A stretch of 64,000 nucleotides of DNA from Candidatus Latescibacterota bacterium (GTDB lineage: Bacteria; Latescibacterota; UBA2968; UBA8231): contig CBDCSU010000005.1 of assembly GCA_965221775.1 (NCBI GenBank), forward strand, positions 1,376,001 to 1,440,000, given 5' to 3'. The translations under genes and the position numbers were made by a program. A model generated the notes under the pieces. It ran no database searches and was not told where the DNA came from. It worked only from the letters and a program-made list of their open reading frames with translations. Numbering within the stretch: position 1 is the stretch's first letter; each line of letters begins with the position of its first letter. Positions 17,741 through 27,340 of this stretch are shown piece by piece.

Positions 17741-18516
17741 CAGGCCACGGCCATCGGCGGGACCCCGCCGACCTCCTCGGCGAGGCGGTGGTAGTTGAGG
17801 GCGCCGGTGGAGCGCGGCTCGTGGAGGATGATCGGCCGGCCGAAGCTCGGCGCCGCCGCCAGGCTGACGTTCCGCCGGATCTCGGTGGAGTAGACCTTCT
17901 CGTCGAAGTACGACTTGACCTCGGCGGCGACTCTGCGCGACAGCTGCAGGCGCTCGTCGAACATGGTCAGCAACACCCCCTCGATCTCCAGGGACGGGTT
18001 GAGGTAGCGCTGCACGAGCTGAATCGAGTTGAGCAGCTTGCTGAGCCCCTCGAGAGCGTAGTACTCGCACTGCACGGGGATCAGGCAGGAGTTGGCCGCG
18101 GTCAGGGCGTTGAGGGTCAGCAGGCCGAGGGAGGGAGGACAGTCGACGATGACGAAGTCGTAGTCCTCCCGGGTCGACTCAAGAGCCTCGGCCAGACGCC
18201 TCTCGCGCCCGAGGATGGAGGCCATCTCGACCTCGGCGCCGGCCAGCGAGATGTGGGAGGGCGCCAGGTCGAAGCCGGGGATGGCGGTGCGGAAGATCAC
18301 CGATTCGAGGGGGGCGTGGCCGAGGAGGACCTCGTACACGGAGCCCTCGATGCCGAGGGGGCCCGCGTCGCAGCCGCTGGAGGCGTTGGCCTGCGGGTCC
18401 ATGTCGATCAGGAGGGTGGGACGGCCGGCGGCGGCCAGGCAGGCCGACAGGTTCACCGCCGTCGTCGTCTTGCCCACTCCACCCTTCTGATTGGCGACGG
18501 CGATGATTCTACCCAT
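17740..18516 (-). CDS. parA: ParA/Soj family ATPase
   Basis: NQKGGVGKTTT, DMDPQAN, DCPPSLG, PVQCEYYALEG. Confidence 0.92.
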   Translation of the reverse strand: MGRIIAVANQKGGVGKTTTAVNLSACLAAAGRPTLLIDMDPQANASSGCDAGPLGIEGSVYEVLLGHAPLESVIFRTAIPGFDLAPSHISLAGAEVEMASILGRERRLAEALESTREDYDFVIVDCPPSLGLLTLNALTAANSCLIPVQCEYYALEGLSKLLNSIQLVQRYLNPSLEIEGVLLTMFDERLQLSRRVAAEVKSYFDEKVYSTEIRRNVSLAAAPSFGRPIILHEPRSTGALNYHRLAEEVGGVPPMAVA

Positions 18517-18628
18517 GGGTCTCGCAGCCTCTGAGGGAACGCAGGAATAGCGCGGTTCACAGGGAACGAACCGCGCCCGGACGCGCCGGAGAGTCGGATT
18601 TTCCAGGAGCGTAGCAGCCGTGCGCGGC

Positions 18629-18657
18629 AAGGTATCCCCCCCTCCGGGGGGCGTCAA
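18629..18657 (-). promoter_or_regulatory. Putative sigma70 promoter of parA
   Basis: Minus strand TTGACG-N17-TACCTT. Confidence 0.6.
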
Positions 18658-18749
18658 CCTGCCCATCCGAACCCTTCGTGGCGCCCGGGCCCGGGGCGCG
18701 TACATTTGCCGCCCCGGCAGGTGACACCACCCCCCACCAGGGACCCCCT

Positions 18750-19574
18750 TTGACCGATCCGCGCCCGCCCTCCCCCTTCTCCGAGCTCGTGGAGATCATG
18801 GCCCGCCTGCGCTCGCCGGACGGGTGTCCCTGGGATCGGGAACAGGACCACCGGACCCTGAAACCCTACCTGCTCGAGGAGGCGTACGAGGTCCTGGAGG
18901 CGATCGACGACGGCGGCGGCGAGCTGTGCGCCGAGCTCGGGGATCTGCTGCTGCAGATCGTCTTCCACGCCCAGGTGGCGGCCGAGGACGGGCGCTTCAC
19001 CATGGACGACGTCTGCCGCGCCATCCACGACAAGCTCGTGCGGCGCCACCCCCACGTCTTCGGCGACGCGCAGGTCGGCGGCGCCCCACAGGTGGCGGCC
19101 AACTGGGAGGCGATCAAGCGGTCCGAGCGGGAGGAGGCCGGCCGCCCCGCCTCGGCCGTCGACGGGGTGCCGAAGCCCCTGCCCGCCCTGCTGCGGGCGC
19201 AGCGGGTGCAGGCCAAGGCCTCGCGCGCCGGCTTCGACTGGGACCGCATCGACGAGCCCCTGGACAAGGTGGCGGAGGAGTTCGAGGAGCTGCGCGGCGA
19301 GTGGCGCGGCGGTGCCGGCGGGTCCGGGGCGCGCAGCCGGGTCGAGGAGGAGTTCGGCGACCTGCTCTTCGCCCTGGTCAACACCGCCCGCTTCCTGGAG
19401 GTCGACGCCGAACAGGCCCTGCGCGCGGCGGTGGACAAGTTCGACCGCCGCTTCCGCCGCGTGGAGGCGGTCTTCCGCGAGCAGGGGCGCGACCTGGAAA
19501 AGGCGACGCTGGAGGAGATGGACTCGGTCTGGAACGAGGTGAAGAAGACCCCGGAGAGGAGAGCTGCGAGATGA
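18750..19574 (+). CDS. mazG: Nucleoside triphosphate pyrophosphohydrolase MazG (two domains)
   Basis: GCPWDREQ, EEAYEV, ELGDLLLQ, RRHPHVF, EEFGDLLF; start approximate. Confidence 0.93.
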   Translation: MTDPRPPSPFSELVEIMARLRSPDGCPWDREQDHRTLKPYLLEEAYEVLEAIDDGGGELCAELGDLLLQIVFHAQVAAEDGRFTMDDVCRAIHDKLVRRHPHVFGDAQVGGAPQVAANWEAIKRSEREEAGRPASAVDGVPKPLPALLRAQRVQAKASRAGFDWDRIDEPLDKVAEEFEELRGEWRGGAGGSGARSRVEEEFGDLLFALVNTARFLEVDAEQALRAAVDKFDRRFRRVEAVFREQGRDLEKATLEEMDSVWNEVKKTPERRAAR

Positions 19575-20224
19575 GCGACGAGAGAGCGAGCATCGAGGTG
19601 TTGGAGGGCGGTCCCCTGCTGGTCAAGAACCTGGACAAGCTGACCGGCGCCGACGACCGGCCCGTGGAGAAGCCCGTGGGGCGGGAGGACAGCGACAGGA
19701 GCGTCTACGCCCTGTGCCGCTGCGGCGGCTCGGCGAACAAGCCCTTCTGCGACGGCACCCACAAGGAGAACGGCTTCACGGGCGAAGGCGGCCCCCCGGA
19801 GGAGGAGGAGGTCCGGGTCTGCGAGGGGCAGGAGCTGACCATCGTCGACAACGTCGGCGCCTGCTGCCACGCCGGCGAGTGCGTCGACGGCGCCCCCGAG
19901 GTGTTCTTCCGGTGGGAGGGGGACGAGCGCCGGGCCGAGCCCGACGCCGCCGACCGGCAGAAGATCATCGACACCATCCGCCGCTGCCCCTCCGGCTCGC
20001 TGGCCTACCGCCTCGGGGACCAGCTCCACGACGAGTACTTCTCCGAGGCCGAGATCTTCGTCTCGGAGGACGGCCCCCTGCACGTGCGCGGGGGTCCCGA
20101 GCTGGTGGACGCGAGCGGGCCCGCCCCCGTCTCCAAGGACCACTACGCCCTCTGCCGCTGCGGCGCCTCGAAGAACAAGCCCTTCTGCGACGGCGCCCAC
20201 CGCGACGCCGGTTTCACGGGATAG
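19571..20224 (+). CDS. CDGSH iron-sulfur protein (two CDGSH domains around a divergent 4Fe-4S domain)
   Basis: LCRCGGSANKPFCDGTH; CCHAGEC...CPSGSL; LCRCGASKNKPFCDGAH. Confidence 0.9.
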   Translation: MSDERASIEVLEGGPLLVKNLDKLTGADDRPVEKPVGREDSDRSVYALCRCGGSANKPFCDGTHKENGFTGEGGPPEEEEVRVCEGQELTIVDNVGACCHAGECVDGAPEVFFRWEGDERRAEPDAADRQKIIDTIRRCPSGSLAYRLGDQLHDEYFSEAEIFVSEDGPLHVRGGPELVDASGPAPVSKDHYALCRCGASKNKPFCDGAHRDAGFTG

Positions 20225-20230
20225 CGGCCC

Positions 20231-20644
20231 ATGAGAGCTCGAGAATCGATGGCGGTGCTGCTGATGCTGGCCCTGCTGCCGGCCTGCGGGGGCGAGGACT
20301 CGCCCGTCGCGCCCCCGAAGGAGCCGGGCCCCGTCACCCTGGCGCGGCTGGCCGCCGAGATCTTCACCCCCAAGTGCGCCACCAGCGGCTGTCACGCCGG
20401 GGGCGCCCCGTCGGCGGCCCTCTCCCTGGAGGCGGACCGGCTCGCGGAGATGATCGGCGCGAAGAGCCATCAGGAGGAGGGGGCGCTGCTGATCGACCCC
20501 GGCAACCCCGACGGCTCCTACCTGATCAGCAAGGTCAAGGGCACGGGTTCCGGCGAGCGCATGCCCATCGGGCTGGACCCCCTGACCCCCGAGGAGATCC
20601 AGATGCTCGTCGACTGGGTGGCCGCGGGCGCCCCCACCTCCTGA
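20231..20644 (+). CDS. Lipoprotein, putative c-type cytochrome with CX4CH motif
   Basis: Lipobox LPAC; CATSGCH; PGNPDGSYLISKV...RMP...WVAAGA. Confidence 0.7.
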   Translation: MRARESMAVLLMLALLPACGGEDSPVAPPKEPGPVTLARLAAEIFTPKCATSGCHAGGAPSAALSLEADRLAEMIGAKSHQEEGALLIDPGNPDGSYLISKVKGTGSGERMPIGLDPLTPEEIQMLVDWVAAGAPTS

Positions 20645-21531
20645 TGGCGGGCACCCCCGAACTTCTCGTTGACGGCCTCTTCTTCCCCGAGGGCCCGCGC
20701 TGGCGCGTCGGCCCCGGGGGCGAGGGCCGCCTGTGGTTCTCCGACGTCCTCGGCGGCGAGGTGAAGCGCGCCGACCTGGACGGGCGCCTCGAGACGATCG
20801 CCGCCGTGCCCGGCTGGCCTTCCGGCCTCGGCTGGCGCCCCGACGGCACGCTGCTCGTCGTCTCCGTGATGGAGGGCCGGCTGATGGCCGTCGGCGACGG
20901 CGGCTCCCTGGAGGTGGCGGCGGACATGAAGGCCGTGGACGGCCTGCCGTGCAACGACATGGTCGTCGACGGCCGCGGCGGCGCCTACGTCGGCAGCTGG
21001 CAGGGCCTGGACGAGTCGATCCCCTGGGGGCCGGGGAACATGCCCGGCTTCAGCCACATCATCCGCGTCGAGCCCGGCGGCGAGGCGAGCATCGCCGCCG
21101 ACCGCGTGACCTACCCCAACGGCGCCGTCCTCTCCCCCGACGGCGGCACCTACATCGTCGCCGAGACCTTCGCCAACCGCCTGACCGCCTTCGACGTCGA
21201 GGACGACGGCTCGCTGACCAACCGCCGCGTCTGGGCCGACATCGGCGCGCCCCCGGACGGGATCACCATGGACGCGGAGGGCTGCCTGTGGGTGGCCGTG
21301 CCCTGCTACGCCTACGGCGGCCCGGGGGGCTACCTGCGCCTGCGCGAGGGCGGCGAGATCGTCGACCGCATCGACGTGGACGGCGTCGCCTCGTACGCCT
21401 GCACCCTCGGCGGGCCGGAGATGCGGACCCTGTTCCTGTGCCAGTCGACGGTCCTCGGCCACGAGCGCCATCCCGGCGACGGGCGGATCATGGCGGTCGA
21501 GGTCGACGTGCCCGGCACGGGCACCCCGTGA
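20644..21531 (+). CDS. SMP-30/gluconolactonase/LRE family protein
   Basis: FPEGPRW, CNDMVVD, YPNG, PDGITMDAEG. Confidence 0.92.
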   Translation: MAGTPELLVDGLFFPEGPRWRVGPGGEGRLWFSDVLGGEVKRADLDGRLETIAAVPGWPSGLGWRPDGTLLVVSVMEGRLMAVGDGGSLEVAADMKAVDGLPCNDMVVDGRGGAYVGSWQGLDESIPWGPGNMPGFSHIIRVEPGGEASIAADRVTYPNGAVLSPDGGTYIVAETFANRLTAFDVEDDGSLTNRRVWADIGAPPDGITMDAEGCLWVAVPCYAYGGPGGYLRLREGGEIVDRIDVDGVASYACTLGGPEMRTLFLCQSTVLGHERHPGDGRIMAVEVDVPGTGTP

Positions 21532-22361
21532 CCGTCCCCTTCCCCGCCCTGACCCCCTCCCAGCGGCTGCACCTGGAGGTGAACGGGTACGTCGTCGTCG
21601 AGGGAGTTCTGAGCGCCGGCGAGGTGGAGGCCCTGCGGGAGACCACGTACGAGATCGAGCGCCGCTACCGCGAGACCGGCAAGCCGCCCGGCCCCAGCTG
21701 CCACCTCTCGGCCACGCAAGACGACTTCTTCCGCGTCGACAACCTGCCGCACCTGGCCCCCTGCTACTTCGACTACCTGACCCACCCGCGGCTGCTGGGC
21801 ATGGTCCGGGAGATCGTCGGCGGCTCGGTGCGGCTGGAGCAGTCCGACGCCCACATCCGGCGGCCGGTGGCGGCGGAGGAGCAGCGCTACGGCTTCCACC
21901 GCGGCATCAACCCCGGCTTCCACCACACCGACCAGGGGCTCTACCACTTCAGCTTCGTCAAGACCCTGACGAACCTGACCGACCTGGGGCCCGACGACGG
22001 CGGCACCGCGGTCATCGCCGGCACCCACAAGGTGCCGGAGGAGGTCGGCGGACGGGCGATCACCGAGGCCGCCCTGGCCGACCCGGGGCTGATCCACCAG
22101 GTGGAGGCGCCGGCGGGGTCGACGCTGCTGTTCTACGAGTCCCTCATGCACTCCTCGGGGATCATCCGCTCGGACCGCGACCGGGTGCTGATCATCGGCG
22201 GCTACACGCCGACCATGTTCCAGACGTGGAACGGGTACGAGCCCGACCCGGAGTTCGCCGCCGGCCTGCCGGAGGAGCACCGGGCCCTGCTGACCGGGGA
22301 GAGCCGCTACGGATGGCAGCGGCGGGCGCGGTCCCTGGCCGAGCCCCGGGCCGAGCCCTGA
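21528..22361 (+). CDS. Phytanoyl-CoA dioxygenase (PhyH) family protein
   Basis: NGYVVVEGVL, GGTAVIAGTHK, AGSTLLFYESLMH. Confidence 0.85.
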   Translation: MTVPFPALTPSQRLHLEVNGYVVVEGVLSAGEVEALRETTYEIERRYRETGKPPGPSCHLSATQDDFFRVDNLPHLAPCYFDYLTHPRLLGMVREIVGGSVRLEQSDAHIRRPVAAEEQRYGFHRGINPGFHHTDQGLYHFSFVKTLTNLTDLGPDDGGTAVIAGTHKVPEEVGGRAITEAALADPGLIHQVEAPAGSTLLFYESLMHSSGIIRSDRDRVLIIGGYTPTMFQTWNGYEPDPEFAAGLPEEHRALLTGESRYGWQRRARSLAEPRAEP

Positions 22362-22446
22362 GCGGGCCGCGTCTGGCACAAGGCCGCCGAGTACAGGATA
22401 TTTCCCCGACCGCCGTGTTCCACTGCAGTACCGAAACGAGGTTCTC

Positions 22447-22803
22447 TTGGTCTCCGAGTACGGCTTCTTCGGCGCCCTGCTGATCATCGGCGCGGTTCTC
22501 GGCCTGGCCCCGGTCATCGCCCCCCTCTTCCTGGCCCCCCGCTCCCTGGGCGCCAAGACCCGCGACACCTACGAGTGCGGCGTGGACACCGAGGGCAGCG
22601 CCTGGGTGCGCTTCGACATCGCCTACTACCTCTTCGCCCTCATCTTCGTCGCCTTCGAGGTCGACGTCCTCTACATCCTGCCGGTGGCCGTGGTCTTCGG
22701 GGAGTACGCCTGGCGCGACCTGATCGAGCTCTCCCTGTTCATCGGCATCCTCTTCCTCGCCGTGATCTACGCCTGGCGCAAGGGCGTCCTGCACTGGAGG
22801 TAG
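22447..22803 (+). CDS. nuoA: NADH-quinone oxidoreductase subunit A
   Basis: [27 protein letters not shown]. Confidence 0.95.
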   Translation: MVSEYGFFGALLIIGAVLGLAPVIAPLFLAPRSLGAKTRDTYECGVDTEGSAWVRFDIAYYLFALIFVAFEVDVLYILPVAVVFGEYAWRDLIELSLFIGILFLAVIYAWRKGVLHWR

Positions 22804-22807
22804 AAAG

Positions 22808-23326
22808 GTGACCGAAGCCAGGGAATCGTCCGACGTCCTGCTGGAGCAGGCGCGGCCCCTCGTGCATCTCGACAAGCTCGAGAACCTGCTCAACCACGCC
22901 CGCGCCAACTCCCTGTGGCCGCTGACCTTCGGCCTCGCCTGCTGCGCCATCGAGATGATGGCCGTGGGCGCCTCGCGCTTCGACCTCGACCGCATCGGCG
23001 CCGGCGTCTTCCGCCCCAGCGCCCGCCAGGCCGACGTGATGATCACGGCGGGCACGATCTCGCGGAAGATGGGCCCCGTCATCAAGACCTTGTGGGACCA
23101 GATGCCGTCGCCCAAGTGGTCGATCGCCATGGGCGGCTGCACCATCGACGGCGGGCCCTTCAAGTACCCCGGCCAGTACGCCATCGTCGAAGGCGCCGAC
23201 AAGATCATCCCCGTCGACGTCTACGTCCCGGGGTGCCCGCCCCGGCCGGAGGCGCTCTTCGCCGGCATCCTCAAGCTCGAAGAGAAGATCAAGTCCGGGG
23301 ACACGGCCCCGGCCACGGTGGCGTGA
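22808..23326 (+). CDS. nuoB: NADH-quinone oxidoreductase subunit B
   Basis: [22 protein letters not shown]. Confidence 0.96.
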   Translation: MTEARESSDVLLEQARPLVHLDKLENLLNHARANSLWPLTFGLACCAIEMMAVGASRFDLDRIGAGVFRPSARQADVMITAGTISRKMGPVIKTLWDQMPSPKWSIAMGGCTIDGGPFKYPGQYAIVEGADKIIPVDVYVPGCPPRPEALFAGILKLEEKIKSGDTAPATVA

Positions 23327-23823
23327 GCGGCCCCCTCCCCCCGCCGGCGGGAGTCACCGGCTCCTCCGAGGAGGACTACGCGGCCCGGGGCCACCACCAC
23401 CGGCACGAGGCCGCCGCCGCGGACATGCCCGAGGTGGCCCGCACCTTCCGCGACGCCGGCTACCACCTTGAGCACCTCACCTGCCTCGACGAGCGCGGCG
23501 ACGAGGAGGTGGGCGCCTTCACCCTCGCCTACCAGTTCAACCGGCCGGGCGGCGCCGACCGCCACCTGGTGAGCGTGCGCCTCGACGGCGGCCGGCCCGC
23601 GGTGAGCATCGCCGGGGTCTTCCCGGGCGCCGACTGGTACGAGCGCGAGGTCTGGGACATGCACGGCGTGCCCGTGGAGGGGCACCCCGATCTCAAGCGC
23701 ATCCTCATGCCCGAGGAGTACAGCGGCCATCCCCTGCGCAAGGACTTCGTCGACGAGGATCCCCTGCGCTACCAGCTCTCCGGGGTCGTGGTCGAGGAGA
23801 CGGAGGAGGAGGAACAGCCGTGA
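23323..23823 (+). CDS. nuoC: NADH-quinone oxidoreductase subunit C
   Basis: [13 protein letters not shown]...[12 protein letters not shown]...GHPLRKDF; GTG 23323. Confidence 0.93.
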   Translation: MSGPLPPPAGVTGSSEEDYAARGHHHRHEAAAADMPEVARTFRDAGYHLEHLTCLDERGDEEVGAFTLAYQFNRPGGADRHLVSVRLDGGRPAVSIAGVFPGADWYEREVWDMHGVPVEGHPDLKRILMPEEYSGHPLRKDFVDEDPLRYQLSGVVVEETEEEEQP

Positions 23824-24962
23824 CCGTGAGTCCCTCCCCGACGATGGAGCTGGTCCCCGACGAGGCCGACCGCGAGACCTACTACCTGAACATGGGGCCC
23901 CAGCACCCCTCCACCCACGGGGTGCTGCGCCTGCGCCTGCACCTGGAGGGGGAGCGCATCCTCGCCTGCGAGCCGGTCATCGGCTACGGCCACCGGGCCC
24001 ACGAGAAGATGGCCGAGAACCGCGACTACCTGCAGTTCCTGCCCAACACCAGCCGCATCGACTACCTCTCGGGGATGATCTACAACCTCGGCTACTGCCA
24101 GGCGGTGGAGAGGGCGATGCAGATCGAGGTGCCGGAGCGCGCCGAGTACATCCGCGTCATCGCCGGCGAGCTGAACCGCATCTCCAGCCACCTGCTGTGG
24201 ATGGGCACCTACCTGCTCGACCTGGGGGGGCTCACGCCCTTCCTCTACGCCTTCACCGACCGCGAGAAGATCCTCGACCTCCTCGACTACGTCACCGGCT
24301 CGCGCCTGACCTACTGCTACGGGCGCTTCGGCGGCGTCACCATGGACGTGGACGATGTCTTCCTGCGAAACGTCTCCGACTTCTGCGGCTACTTCGAGGA
24401 CCGCCTGGAGGAGTACCACAAGCTGGTGACGCGCAACGTCATCTTCCGCCACCGCACCCGCGGCGTGGGGGTCATGGGCGAGGAGCTGGGTCTCGACTAC
24501 GGCGTCACCGGGCCCTGCCTGCGCGCCGCCGGGATCGCCCGCGACGTGCGCAAGGACGAGCCCTACGGGATCTACGACCGCCTGGAGTTCGAGGTGCCCA
24601 CCGGCGGCAACGGCGACTGCTTCGACCGCCACATGGTGCGCATGGCCGAGATGGAGCAGTGCCTGCGCCTGATCGAGCAGGCCCTGCGCGGCATCCCCGA
24701 GGGGCCGGTGCAGGCGCCCAAGGTGCCCAAGCGCATCCGGCCGCCGGCGGGGGACCACTACTTCGCCTGCGAGTCGGCGCGCGGCCACTTCGGCATCTAC
24801 ATCCGCAGCGACGGGACGGACATCCCGGTGCGCATGAAGATGCGCACGCCCTCCTTCGCCAACGTCTCGACCATGCCCGCCGTGCTGCCGGGGACGATGC
24901 TGGCCGACACGGTGGCGATCCTGGGCAGCGTCGACGTCGTCATCCCCGAGATCGACCGGTAG
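23820..24962 (+). CDS. nuoD: NADH-quinone oxidoreductase subunit D
   Basis: [15 protein letters not shown]-terminal EIDR; no NiFe CxxC motifs. Confidence 0.96.
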   Translation: MTVSPSPTMELVPDEADRETYYLNMGPQHPSTHGVLRLRLHLEGERILACEPVIGYGHRAHEKMAENRDYLQFLPNTSRIDYLSGMIYNLGYCQAVERAMQIEVPERAEYIRVIAGELNRISSHLLWMGTYLLDLGGLTPFLYAFTDREKILDLLDYVTGSRLTYCYGRFGGVTMDVDDVFLRNVSDFCGYFEDRLEEYHKLVTRNVIFRHRTRGVGVMGEELGLDYGVTGPCLRAAGIARDVRKDEPYGIYDRLEFEVPTGGNGDCFDRHMVRMAEMEQCLRLIEQALRGIPEGPVQAPKVPKRIRPPAGDHYFACESARGHFGIYIRSDGTDIPVRMKMRTPSFANVSTMPAVLPGTMLADTVAILGSVDVVIPEIDR

Positions 24963-24973
24963 AGGCGCCGCCC

Positions 24974-25948
24974 ATGTCGACCGGCCTCGTGCAGAGCCTC
25001 CCCAACGTCTGGATCGGCGTGCTGGCGGCGACGGCGGCGATCATGGGCTTCATCACCGTCAACGCCCTGGCCCTGATCTGGCTGGAGCGCAAGGTCAGCG
25101 CCCGCATCCAGCGCCGCTACGGTCCCACGGAGGTGGGGCCCTTCGGCCTGCTGCAGACGCTGGCCGACGTGGTCAAGCTGGTGGGCAAGGAGCTGGTCAC
25201 GCCGGACCACGTGCACCGCCCCCTGTACCTCACCGCCCCGGTCCTCGTCTTCGCGCCGCTGCTGGCGCTGCTGGCCCTGCTGCCGATGGCCGAGAGCTGG
25301 GTCTTCCACGACTACGACATCGCCCTGGTACTGCTGCTGGCGTTCTCGGGCCTCAACGTGATCGGCATCTTCGCCGCCGGCTGGGGCTCCAACAACAAGT
25401 ACGCCCTCCTCGGCGCGGTGCGCGCCGTGGCCCAGAACATCTCCTACGAGATCCCCCTGCTGCTGGCCGTGATCCCCGTGGTGGTCATGACCCGCTCCCT
25501 GAGCCTGCACGAGATCGGCAGCGCCCAGGCCTCCTGGCCCTTCGTGCTCGTGCAGCCCCTGGCCTTCCTCATCTACTTCATCTCGGCCACGGCCGAGACC
25601 AACCGCGCCCCCTTCGACATCCCCGAGGCCGAGTCGGAGCTGGTGGCCGGGTTCCACACGGAGTACTCGGGGATGCGCTTCGGCGTGTTCTTCCTCGCCG
25701 AGTTCACCCACATGGTGATCGTCTGCGCCGTGGCCACGATCCTCTTCCTCGGCGCCTGGAACGGGCCGCTGCTTCCCGGGTGGCTGTGGTTCTTCGTCAA
25801 GGTCTACGGCCTGATCCTGGTGATGATGTGGTTCCGCTGGACCTTCCCGCGCCTGCGCTTCGACCAGCTCATGACCTTCGCCTGGGCGGTGCTGGTGCCG
25901 CTGGCGCTGATCAACCTGCTGGTTACCACCGTGGTCCTGAAACTGTGA
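24974..25948 (+). CDS. nuoH: NADH-quinone oxidoreductase subunit H
   Basis: ERKVSARIQRRYGP, ETNRAPFDIPEAESELVAGFHTEYSG. Confidence 0.96.
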   Translation: MSTGLVQSLPNVWIGVLAATAAIMGFITVNALALIWLERKVSARIQRRYGPTEVGPFGLLQTLADVVKLVGKELVTPDHVHRPLYLTAPVLVFAPLLALLALLPMAESWVFHDYDIALVLLLAFSGLNVIGIFAAGWGSNNKYALLGAVRAVAQNISYEIPLLLAVIPVVVMTRSLSLHEIGSAQASWPFVLVQPLAFLIYFISATAETNRAPFDIPEAESELVAGFHTEYSGMRFGVFFLAEFTHMVIVCAVATILFLGAWNGPLLPGWLWFFVKVYGLILVMMWFRWTFPRLRFDQLMTFAWAVLVPLALINLLVTTVVLKL

Positions 25949-25958
25949 GACGGGGAAC

Positions 25959-26522
25959 ATGCTGAGACAGACCTTCCTCGGCGCCTGGTCGCTGCTGACG
26001 GGGATGAAGGTGACCCTGCAGCACGTCTTCCGGCCGCCGCTGACCTCCCAGTACCCGCGCGAGCGGATCGAGATGACGAAGGCTTTCCGCAACGTCATCG
26101 CCCTCATCGAGATCGACGGGATCGGCTCCCACGACTGCATCGACTGCGGCGCCTGCGAGCGCGTCTGCCCCTCCGACTGCATCTACATCGAGGGCGAGCG
26201 CCCCGAGGGCATGAAGCGCAGGCGGGCGACGAAGTTCGACGTCGACTTCGCCCTCTGCTCGGAGTGCGGACTCTGCCTCGACGTGTGCCCCACCGACACC
26301 CTGGGCTACGTCCGCGAGTACGACCAGGCCGGGTACCAGCGCGGCGACTTCATGTACGACTTGCTGATCCCCTGGCGGGAGGGGGAGCCCGAAGCCCGCG
26401 ACCGCCTGCGGACCCTGGAGGCGGAGCAGGCGGCGGCCAGGAAGGCCAAGGCCGCCAAACGCAAGGCCGCCGCGGCCAAGGCGAAGGCGGAGCCGGCGGC
26501 CGAGGCCGGTCCGGAGAGCTGA
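25959..26522 (+). CDS. nuoI: NADH-quinone oxidoreductase subunit I
   Basis: CIDCGACERVCP and CSECGLCLDVCP (two 4Fe-4S clusters). Confidence 0.94.
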   Translation: MLRQTFLGAWSLLTGMKVTLQHVFRPPLTSQYPRERIEMTKAFRNVIALIEIDGIGSHDCIDCGACERVCPSDCIYIEGERPEGMKRRRATKFDVDFALCSECGLCLDVCPTDTLGYVREYDQAGYQRGDFMYDLLIPWREGEPEARDRLRTLEAEQAAARKAKAAKRKAAAAKAKAEPAAEAGPES

Positions 26523-26526
26523 GCGG

Positions 26527-27036
26527 GTGCTGGAGCAGAACGCCCCCTTCCTCTTCGCCGCCCTGGTCCTGGCGGGAGGTCTCGCCGCCGCCTGGGCGCG
26601 CCACATCCTCTACGCCATCATCGGCCTCGGCGTCAGCCTCTTCGGGGTGGCCGGGCTGTTCCTGCTGCTGGGCAGCCCCTTCGTGGCCGCCATGCAGCTG
26701 CTCATCTACATCGGCGGCATCACCGTGGCCATCGTCTTCGCCATGATGCTGTCCATCGCCATGACCGTGGCGCCGGCGCCGCGCAACCGCCTCAAGGCGG
26801 TCTTCGCCGGGGTCTGCGCCGCCGCCTTCGGAGCCGCCGTCCTGCCGCTGGTGCAGGCGGCCCCCTTCGAGGCCCGGGCGGCTACGGTCCCCCACGAGAC
26901 CTGGCCCGTGGCCGGCATCGGCCACGCCCTGCTGACCCACTACAACCTCGTCTTCGAGACCCTCTCGGTGGTGCTGCTGCTGGCCATCATCGGCGCCATC
27001 CTCATCGCCCGCTCGGGGCGGGAGCCGGCGCCGTGA
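26527..27036 (+). CDS. nuoJ: NADH-quinone oxidoreductase subunit J
   Basis: QLLIYIGGI, FETLSVVLLLAIIGA. Confidence 0.93.
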   Translation: MLEQNAPFLFAALVLAGGLAAAWARHILYAIIGLGVSLFGVAGLFLLLGSPFVAAMQLLIYIGGITVAIVFAMMLSIAMTVAPAPRNRLKAVFAGVCAAAFGAAVLPLVQAAPFEARAATVPHETWPVAGIGHALLTHYNLVFETLSVVLLLAIIGAILIARSGREPAP

Positions 27037-27338
27037 GCCTGGAGGGCTACCTGCTGGTCGGCCTCGCCCTGTTCTGCCTGGGGCTGTACGCCGTCGTCGC
27101 CCAGCGCAACCTGATCGCCGTGCTCATCGGCGTCGAGCTGATGATGAACGCGGCGAGCCTCAACATCATGGCCTTCAACCGCTTTTCCGTCACCGACCCG
27201 AGCACGGGGCAGGTCTTCGTGCTCATCATCATCGGCCTGGCGGCGGCGGAGGTGGCCATCTTCCTGTCGATCATCCTCAACCTCTATCGCCTGCGCCGCG
27301 ACATCGACGTGGAACATCTCACCGGGCTGAAGGGCTGA
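27033..27338 (+). CDS. nuoK: NADH-quinone oxidoreductase subunit K
   Basis: GVELMMNA, AAAEVA. Confidence 0.95.
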   Translation: MSLEGYLLVGLALFCLGLYAVVAQRNLIAVLIGVELMMNAASLNIMAFNRFSVTDPSTGQVFVLIIIGLAAAEVAIFLSIILNLYRLRRDIDVEHLTGLKG

Positions 27339-27340
27339 CC

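Noticed and set aside
18750-19574. MazG as an anti-phage effector
   Set aside because: Ordinary two-domain housekeeping MazG in a non-defence context.
22374-22388. TGGCAC upstream of nuoA as a sigma54 promoter
   Set aside because: No GC at the required -12 position.
23820-24962. Group 4 NiFe hydrogenase large subunit
   Set aside because: No CxxC Ni-binding motifs; typical NuoD termini.
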